From assembly GCA_007376265.1 (NCBI GenBank), contig VMFW01000006.1, positions 1 to 10,929 on the forward strand: a stretch of DNA of 10,929 nucleotides, in the 5' to 3' direction. Under the pieces are notes generated by a model, which saw nothing but the letters and a program-made list of their open reading frames with translations, was not told the origin of the DNA and did not search any database. Below, piece after piece: positions 6,588 to 10,929 of the stretch; the stretch's first letter is position 1, and each line of letters opens with the position of its first letter. This DNA is from Parcubacteria group bacterium Gr01-1014_20. GTDB taxonomy: Bacteria; Patescibacteriota; Minisyncoccia; UBA6257; 2-01-FULL-56-20. The position numbers and the translations under genes were made by a program.

Positions 6588-6689
6588 GCTTTCACGACAG
6601 TATTATTCATGAGGCTTGAGGGGTGTTCGCTATTGGGTACCCTCACCTTTTTTGTGTTTTGTGTCTATCCAGAATACTGTCGTGAAAGC
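6588..6689. repeat. Perfect 17-bp inverted repeat (gctttcacgacagtatt / aatactgtcgtgaaagc) flanking a 68-nt core, in the murC upstream region
   Basis: Arms at 6588-6604 and 6673-6689 are exact reverse complements. Neither arm extends further. Confidence 0.5.
6617..6656 (+). terminator. Terminator-like hairpin on the plus strand, tgaggg-[17 nt]-ccctca followed by ccTTTTTTgtgTTTTgtg, located inside the 17-bp inverted repeat
   Basis: The 6-bp stem at 6617-6622/6640-6645 and the T6/T4 runs were read directly. Orientation is opposite to all genes, so function is unclear. Confidence 0.25.
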
Positions 6690-6691
6690 CA

Positions 6692-6740
6692 GCAATTATT
6701 TTACAACGGCAATAAATAATAGCCATCGTAAAATAATTGC
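6692..6740. repeat. Perfect 11-bp AT-rich inverted repeat (gcaattatttt / aaaataattgc) with a 27-nt spacer, immediately downstream of the stop of the 6744-7145 gene
   Basis: 6692-6702 and 6730-6740 are exact reverse complements. Confidence 0.4.
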
Positions 6741-6743
6741 GCC

Positions 6744-7145
6744 CTATTTCCTGACTGAGATTATCGAAAAAACCTTTTTGAGCGCATTGGCTATGGCGTC
6801 CACTAGGTATACAAAAAATCCGCCAATTTTGCCAAAGGTTTCGCCGATTGTGAGTCCGGTTATTTTTTCGAACCAGCCGTCAATAAAAGTAAAAGCTGGT
6901 CGAACTAGATCAAAAAGCCACCAAAATATGATTTTAATGATTTCGTAAATTTTGACCACGATATTTTTCACAAATTCTATGGCGCGATAAAATGAGTTTC
7001 GAACGGGTTCGAAAACTTCTCGCAAAGCTTGGTTAGGAGTTTTAATGCCGTAGTTCCATTCTTCATCGGCTGAATGAACTTGAGTCGAGGCGAACGTGAT
7101 AATTAATCCAATTCCAAAAAGTAGGGCGAGGTTTTTTTTGCGCAT
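6744..7145 (-). CDS. Small secreted or membrane-associated hypothetical protein (133 aa) embedded in the cell-wall gene block
   Basis: Signal peptide with an AXA-like site (TQVHS-AD). A strongly hydrophobic internal segment is present (IIKIIFWWLFDLV). No recognisable catalytic motif is seen. The gene lies 11 nt downstream of the MurE-like gene. Confidence 0.45.
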   Translation of the reverse strand: MRKKNLALLFGIGLIITFASTQVHSADEEWNYGIKTPNQALREVFEPVRNSFYRAIEFVKNIVVKIYEIIKIIFWWLFDLVRPAFTFIDGWFEKITGLTIGETFGKIGGFFVYLVDAIANALKKVFSIISVRK

Positions 7146-7156
7146 ATCTTATTGTC

Positions 7157-8470
7157 TTATATCAAACCGAAAGTAGTTTTTTCTAATTCTTGTCTGACCA
7201 CTTCTCGGTCGTCCCACGGAATCGTTTTGTTTGTGATTATCATTGATTGTTCAGCTCCTTTCCCCGTAATGATAACAATATCGTCCTCAAGAGCCAGTGA
7301 CAAGGCTTTCTGAATTCCCTCTCTCCTGTCTTCGATCGGGAAAAGATTTTTATTTCTTACTTTACCATTTTTTTCTGCCGCTTGGGTAATTGACTCGATA
7401 ATTTCTTGGGGATCGTCGTCGTAGGGGTCGACATTTGAAACTACTATAAGATCGGCGAGTTCGGCGGCCACTTGACCCATTCGAGGCCTTTTCTTTTTAT
7501 CCCGCCCGCCACCTTCGGCGCCGATAAGAATTATGATTCGGTTTTTTTTGATTTTATTAGCGAGCTCAAGAATTGCCCTCAGACTGACTTCATCGTGGGC
7601 GTAGTCAACAAAAACGGAATACTTTTTACTGGTCTTCACTAGTTCCATTCGGCCTGGCACACTCGTCACTTTTCCTATCCCCTCTTTTATAGACTTATAA
7701 TCTAGGCCTAGAGCGGAGGTGGTAGCGATGGCGGCCAGAGCGTTCGTAACGTTATGAGCCCCCAAGAGTGCTAGTTCATAGTTGCGATTGCTCACTGAAA
7801 AGGTAACATTTCTCGGAGTGACTTGTATTTTTTCGGCCACAAAATTGGCCTTAGAATTTATGCCGTAAGTAATTTTTTGATCAGCTTCAGATTCAAGGAG
7901 TTTTTCGCTTTCTTCTGTGTCCATGTTGATAACAATCGTTTTCGGAATTTTTTTGCCGTCAATAGTTTTTCGTTGGTTTTTTCCGAGCGCAGAAAATATT
8001 TTTCGGTTCATCATTTTTAGTCGTTCATAGTCCCAGCCATGAATTTCTAGATATTCCGGGTAGAGCGTAACTAGAACCGCGACATCGTAACGAATAGCGT
8101 GGTGTCGCCATTGCTCAATGCCTTCTGATGGGGTTTCGATTACAGCGTACTTGCATCCTGCTCGCACCATTGCTCTCAACATTTTCTGCATCGCGAAACG
8201 ACCGGGCATGGTCATGTGATAAGGGTTTAGAATTTCCTTTTCACCTAGGTGAATCGTAGCGGTGCTAGTTAAGCCGGTTTGGTGGTTGGCGGCTCGAAGG
8301 CATGACCAGATAAATTTGGCCGTGGTTGTTTTGCCTCGGGTGCCGACTACGCCGATTATCACCATTTTTTTTGAAGGGAGCCCATAGATTGCCGCGCCAA
8401 GGTAGGGCAGGAGCCAATGGTACCAACCTATCAGGAATTTCGGAATTAATTTTTTGATAATTTTTTTCAT
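7157..8470 (-). CDS. Mur ligase family protein with MurE-type central and C-terminal domains but lacking the N-terminal UDP-MurNAc-binding domain. It begins instead with a ~35-aa hydrophobic/aromatic segment.
   Basis: The P-loop GVVGTRGKTTT is already at aa 41-51. VFVDYAHDEVSL is present. GAEGGGRDKKKRPRMG...SNVDPYDDDP parallels MurE (GCGGDRDKGKRPLMG...TDDNPRTEEP). The C-terminal ITGKGAEQ parallels AGKGHE. The ATGA start/stop overlap with the FemAB gene was seen directly. Confidence 0.7.
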   Translation of the reverse strand: MKKIIKKLIPKFLIGWYHWLLPYLGAAIYGLPSKKMVIIGVVGTRGKTTTAKFIWSCLRAANHQTGLTSTATIHLGEKEILNPYHMTMPGRFAMQKMLRAMVRAGCKYAVIETPSEGIEQWRHHAIRYDVAVLVTLYPEYLEIHGWDYERLKMMNRKIFSALGKNQRKTIDGKKIPKTIVINMDTEESEKLLESEADQKITYGINSKANFVAEKIQVTPRNVTFSVSNRNYELALLGAHNVTNALAAIATTSALGLDYKSIKEGIGKVTSVPGRMELVKTSKKYSVFVDYAHDEVSLRAILELANKIKKNRIIILIGAEGGGRDKKKRPRMGQVAAELADLIVVSNVDPYDDDPQEIIESITQAAEKNGKVRNKNLFPIEDRREGIQKALSLALEDDIVIITGKGAEQSMIITNKTIPWDDREVVRQELEKTTFGLI

Positions 8471-9432
8471 TTAAACTTTTTAATAAGCTGGAATAGGAAG
8501 TGCCATTTTTTATTTAAAGCGAGGTCCCAGGTGCCAATATATTTTACAGTTTGACTCCCAAAGCTTTTTTTGAAAGACGTTATGCCTGACCATTTTTTAT
8601 TATTTTCATCAATACCCCACAGGTCGAAAATGTTAAGGCCGTTGGCTTTAGCATCGAGAATGGCTTCCCATAAAAGCAGAGATGGGGCATTGAATTTACC
8701 ATAACCCTCCAGAGAAGAAGCCAAGCCATAGGTAGAGCTTTCGGCAAAGTGAATTATTAGGGCAGCACTGACTGTTTTGTCCCCTACCTGACCCAGGAAA
8801 ATTTTTGATCGACAGTTGCCGGTCAGCGCGAAAACCTCGCGGTAATACTTTTCTGGGTAGGTTCGGAGCTCGTGGCGTTTGTTGGTGGCTTCGAATATTT
8901 CCCAAAACTCATTGAATTTTTCCAATTTCTCTTTAGTAGATTCAATCTTTATGATTTTTACTCCTCTTTTTTGGGCGGTTTTGATGGCGTAGCGTGTATC
9001 TTTATCTAATTTTTCGTATAGTTCACTCTCTTTGATTTTCAGGTTCAAAACTGCGGTAGTTTCTGGCTGAACCTGTTTGCTCTTTTTAAAACCTAGAACC
9101 TGAAGGATTTTTTTGTCCTCGGTGTTTTCTTCAACCGCCGGTTCAACCCTTAAGAAGATGACCTTGTGCCTCTCTTTTAGTTTTTGAATTTCCGAGATTA
9201 GAATTTCTAGTTTTTTGAGGGACCCGCTTGGGCCGCGAGGAACGTAAAAATAATTTAAGCCAAACGGTAATTTGTATTTGATGAGTAGGGCGGATAAGTC
9301 AGCTACCGAGACGTGGAACACCTCTCGGCCAAGATTTCTCTGAAGCTCTCCCCATTCCCACGATTGGAGATAGGATCCATTCTGGGCGAAGACAAGTTTG
9401 TCCCACTCCTTTTGATCCTCAACTAATTTCAT
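8467..9432 (-). CDS. FemAB-family peptidoglycan aminoacyltransferase (FemX/MurM-like)
   Basis: 321 aa. The overall FemAB-like composition and length fit. The FemAB assignment is my recognition of the family, not a motif match I can point to. The gene is flanked by and translationally coupled to the Mur ligase (ATGA) and the M23 gene (TAAATG). Confidence 0.65.
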   Translation of the reverse strand: MKLVEDQKEWDKLVFAQNGSYLQSWEWGELQRNLGREVFHVSVADLSALLIKYKLPFGLNYFYVPRGPSGSLKKLEILISEIQKLKERHKVIFLRVEPAVEENTEDKKILQVLGFKKSKQVQPETTAVLNLKIKESELYEKLDKDTRYAIKTAQKRGVKIIKIESTKEKLEKFNEFWEIFEATNKRHELRTYPEKYYREVFALTGNCRSKIFLGQVGDKTVSAALIIHFAESSTYGLASSLEGYGKFNAPSLLLWEAILDAKANGLNIFDLWGIDENNKKWSGITSFKKSFGSQTVKYIGTWDLALNKKWHFLFQLIKKFK

Positions 9433-10731
9433 TTAGAGGTATTGCTCAGGATCTAGGTCACCACCGACTGGCATCGGACCGCAGACTCTTGAGGCCTTGG
9501 TTCCTTCCGGAAAACCAGCTCGAGCTGGAGTCAGCGTGTTATTGGCAAAAACAGTAAAGTGAAGGTGTGGGCCGGTAGCCCAACCACTTTTTCCCATATA
9601 ACCGATTACCTCGCCCTCCTTGACCTCCTGGCCGATTGAAACGATGAATCGTGAGAGATGAGCGTAAAGAGTGGTTAAGCCGTTTTTGTGTTTGACGACG
9701 ATGAGTTTGCCGTAAGCCCCGCCGCGGCAACCTCTGTACTGATCTTGATCGGCTACGTTGATTACTATGCCATCTCCGGCCGCTAAGATGGGCGTTCCGA
9801 TCGGTCCGCCGAGGTCAAGTCCGTTGTGGTGCTGGCCGCGGTAGTTTTTTTTGGCAAATTCAGTTACACCGTATCTTTGGGTTATTTTTACAGTTTTAAC
9901 CGGCCAGAGAAAAACGCCTGGTCTGGGGGTGGGCAGAAGATTAGGATCGATCTGTTTGCGCAGTTCGGTTTCAACTTTTTCAATTTCAGCCGCTATTTCT
10001 TCTTGCTTTTTCTCGAGTTCTTTCAGTTGCTGATTGTAAATGCTTTCTTTGTTTTTAGTGTTCGCGAGGAGGGTTTCCTTAGTATCTTCTTGGTCCTCGA
10101 TAATAATTCTTTTATTTTCCGAATTTCTCTTTCGCTCGGATATTTCAACGAGTTTGGCATCTATATCACCGACTTTTCTTACCTTAGCACCTCTCAGTTC
10201 ATCTAGGCCGCCAATTTCGATGCCGAGTTGTGAGCTTGTGTCAGTTAGAGATTGAGCTTCTAGGAGGTTTTCGGCTAAGCTATTTCCTTTGAGTAAAACT
10301 ATTAGGAGATTGGTGTGGCTGTTTCTCTGAAGGCGTCTTAGGAGTTGAACGATGGCGTCGCGTTTGTCATCGACTGAGAGTTCAATGTCCTGGATGTCGT
10401 ATTTCAGCGAGTCTATTTCTAGGGAAAGCTTCTCGGTCGCGACCTTGTCGGCGCGGATGCTCAGATTGAGTTGTGAAATATTATTTTTAATAGTCGTTAA
10501 CTCTTTTTGGAGCCCAACCTTTTCCGTTTTAGTGTCCTGAAGTTTTTCTTGGGTTTCGGCGAGCTCTCGGTTTAGCTTTTCGAGTTCAAGGCTTTGGGAG
10601 CGGATACGGCTTTCTAGTTCCTCTCGGCTAAGATTTACCTCAGCTGAATCTACCGCCAAGGTCAGATTGGAGGTTACAACCGAAGAAAGAACAACGGAGA
10701 ATAAAATTATTTTTTTAGCTAGATTGATCAT
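9433..10731 (-). CDS. EnvC-like murein hydrolase/activator. It has an N-terminal signal peptide, a long coiled-coil region and a C-terminal M23 peptidase domain.
   Basis: A signal peptide is followed by ~250 aa of heptad-like, E/K/L/Q-rich sequence. The C-terminal M23 motifs are HHNGLDLG and GPHLHFTV. Confidence 0.8.
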   Translation of the reverse strand: MINLAKKIILFSVVLSSVVTSNLTLAVDSAEVNLSREELESRIRSQSLELEKLNRELAETQEKLQDTKTEKVGLQKELTTIKNNISQLNLSIRADKVATEKLSLEIDSLKYDIQDIELSVDDKRDAIVQLLRRLQRNSHTNLLIVLLKGNSLAENLLEAQSLTDTSSQLGIEIGGLDELRGAKVRKVGDIDAKLVEISERKRNSENKRIIIEDQEDTKETLLANTKNKESIYNQQLKELEKKQEEIAAEIEKVETELRKQIDPNLLPTPRPGVFLWPVKTVKITQRYGVTEFAKKNYRGQHHNGLDLGGPIGTPILAAGDGIVINVADQDQYRGCRGGAYGKLIVVKHKNGLTTLYAHLSRFIVSIGQEVKEGEVIGYMGKSGWATGPHLHFTVFANNTLTPARAGFPEGTKASRVCGPMPVGGDLDPEQYL

Positions 10732-10929
10732 AGCGATTTTCTCGTGTGTTAGTTACTTTCTCTATGGCGAGCTTAATTCTTTTTTCGGTTTCTTTTTTAC
10801 CAATGATGCTTCCAATTTCAGCAGGGTCGGGGGAGGCTTTTTGGCCAGAGAGAGCTACTCGAAGGGGCCAGTAAATTTGACCACGACTAGTTGAATCAAC
10901 TACGGAATCAAGAGCTTCTCTGATGTTTT
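10715..10929 (-). CDS. gltX: Truncated C-terminal end of glutamate--tRNA ligase. The 5' part of the gene lies beyond the window end.
   Basis: My own minus-strand translation from 10927 down to the TAA at 10715-10717 gives ...IYWPLRVALSGQKASPDPAEIGSIIGKKETEKRIKLAIEKV*. This matches the conserved GluRS C-terminus pattern PLRVALTG..SP.L.E....LGKE. It is not in the supplied ORF track because there is no in-window start. It overlaps the M23 start by 17 nt. Confidence 0.55.
   Translation of the reverse strand, partial: NIREALDSVVDSTSRGQIYWPLRVALSGQKASPDPAEIGSIIGKKETEKRIKLAIEKVTNTRENRYDQSS

Noticed and set aside
6617-6656. Interpreting the hairpin plus T-run as the terminator of the upstream minus-strand gene
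   Set aside because: The T-run follows the stem only on the plus strand. On the minus strand the stem is preceded by A's, so it cannot terminate minus-strand transcription. It is kept as an unexplained plus-strand terminator-like element.
7131-7160. Apparent 1-nt offset between my manual reading of this line and the ORF-track boundaries (ATG at 7144-7146 versus track end 7145; stop at 7158-7160 versus track 7157)
   Set aside because: This is most likely my miscounting of a homopolymer T-run when reading by eye, and the track coordinates are internally consistent with the protein lengths. I used the track coordinates and did not call a frameshift or pseudogene.
1995-9730. Minus-strand alternative-frame ORFs 1995-2195, 2951-3286, 4611-4832, 8696-8905 and 9539-9730
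   Set aside because: They sit out of frame inside the CcdA-fusion, DoxX, M23, FemAB and EnvC-like genes respectively. They are Arg/Pro/Ser-rich frame-shadow products.
253-10894. All plus-strand ORFs in the supplied track (253-561, 681-869, 1574-1819, 2652-2939, 3381-3626, 4107-4541, 4676-4867, 5021-5245, 6495-6719, 6616-6948, 7823-8020, 9826-10206, 9851-10033, 10040-10255, 10352-10540, 10667-10894)
   Set aside because: Each lies antisense within, or largely overlapping, a longer minus-strand gene that has clear family-level motifs. None has recognisable domains. Their composition is low-complexity mirror-image sequence of the real genes. 10667-10894 is antisense to the gltX 3' end.

Overview
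All twelve genes in this 10.9-kb window sit on the minus strand, tightly packed, with no mobile element, rRNA, tRNA or CRISPR array. No start codon has a recognisable Shine-Dalgarno motif, and two starts have a TATAAT box only 9-10 nt upstream, so initiation is probably SD-independent or leaderless. The genome type is probably an uncultivated small-genome bacterium (CPR/Patescibacteria-like), but I cannot prove that from the sequence. Reading from high to low coordinates, three blocks are present. (1) A peptidoglycan block holds the C-terminal end of a glutamyl-tRNA synthetase gene, a coiled-coil EnvC-like M23 peptidase, a FemAB-family aminoacyltransferase, an N-terminally truncated MurE-like Mur ligase, a small secreted or membrane hypothetical protein, a structured 180-nt intergenic region, MurC, and a second M23 peptidase. 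(2) An orphan Cas4/RecB-like PD-(D/E)xK nuclease has its own -10 box. (3) The most interesting part is a four-gene cassette I do not recognise as a described system. It encodes a small cytoplasmic CxxC thioredoxin-fold protein, a DoxX-family membrane protein, a 761-aa fusion protein and a CuA-type cupredoxin. The fusion protein joins a CcdA/DsbD-like transmembrane thiol-disulfide relay domain to a Met/His-rich segment, two tandem copies of an unassigned His-containing domain (K-M-H...F-x-H-x-H-P-D), and a C-terminal anchor. The cupredoxin has a C-x3-C-G...H-x2-M ligand signature on a single transmembrane anchor. I read this cassette as a candidate self-contained system for extracytoplasmic thiol reduction and copper handling or CuA-site maturation. 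Every plus-strand ORF in the supplied track lies antisense inside one of these minus-strand genes and is treated as spurious.
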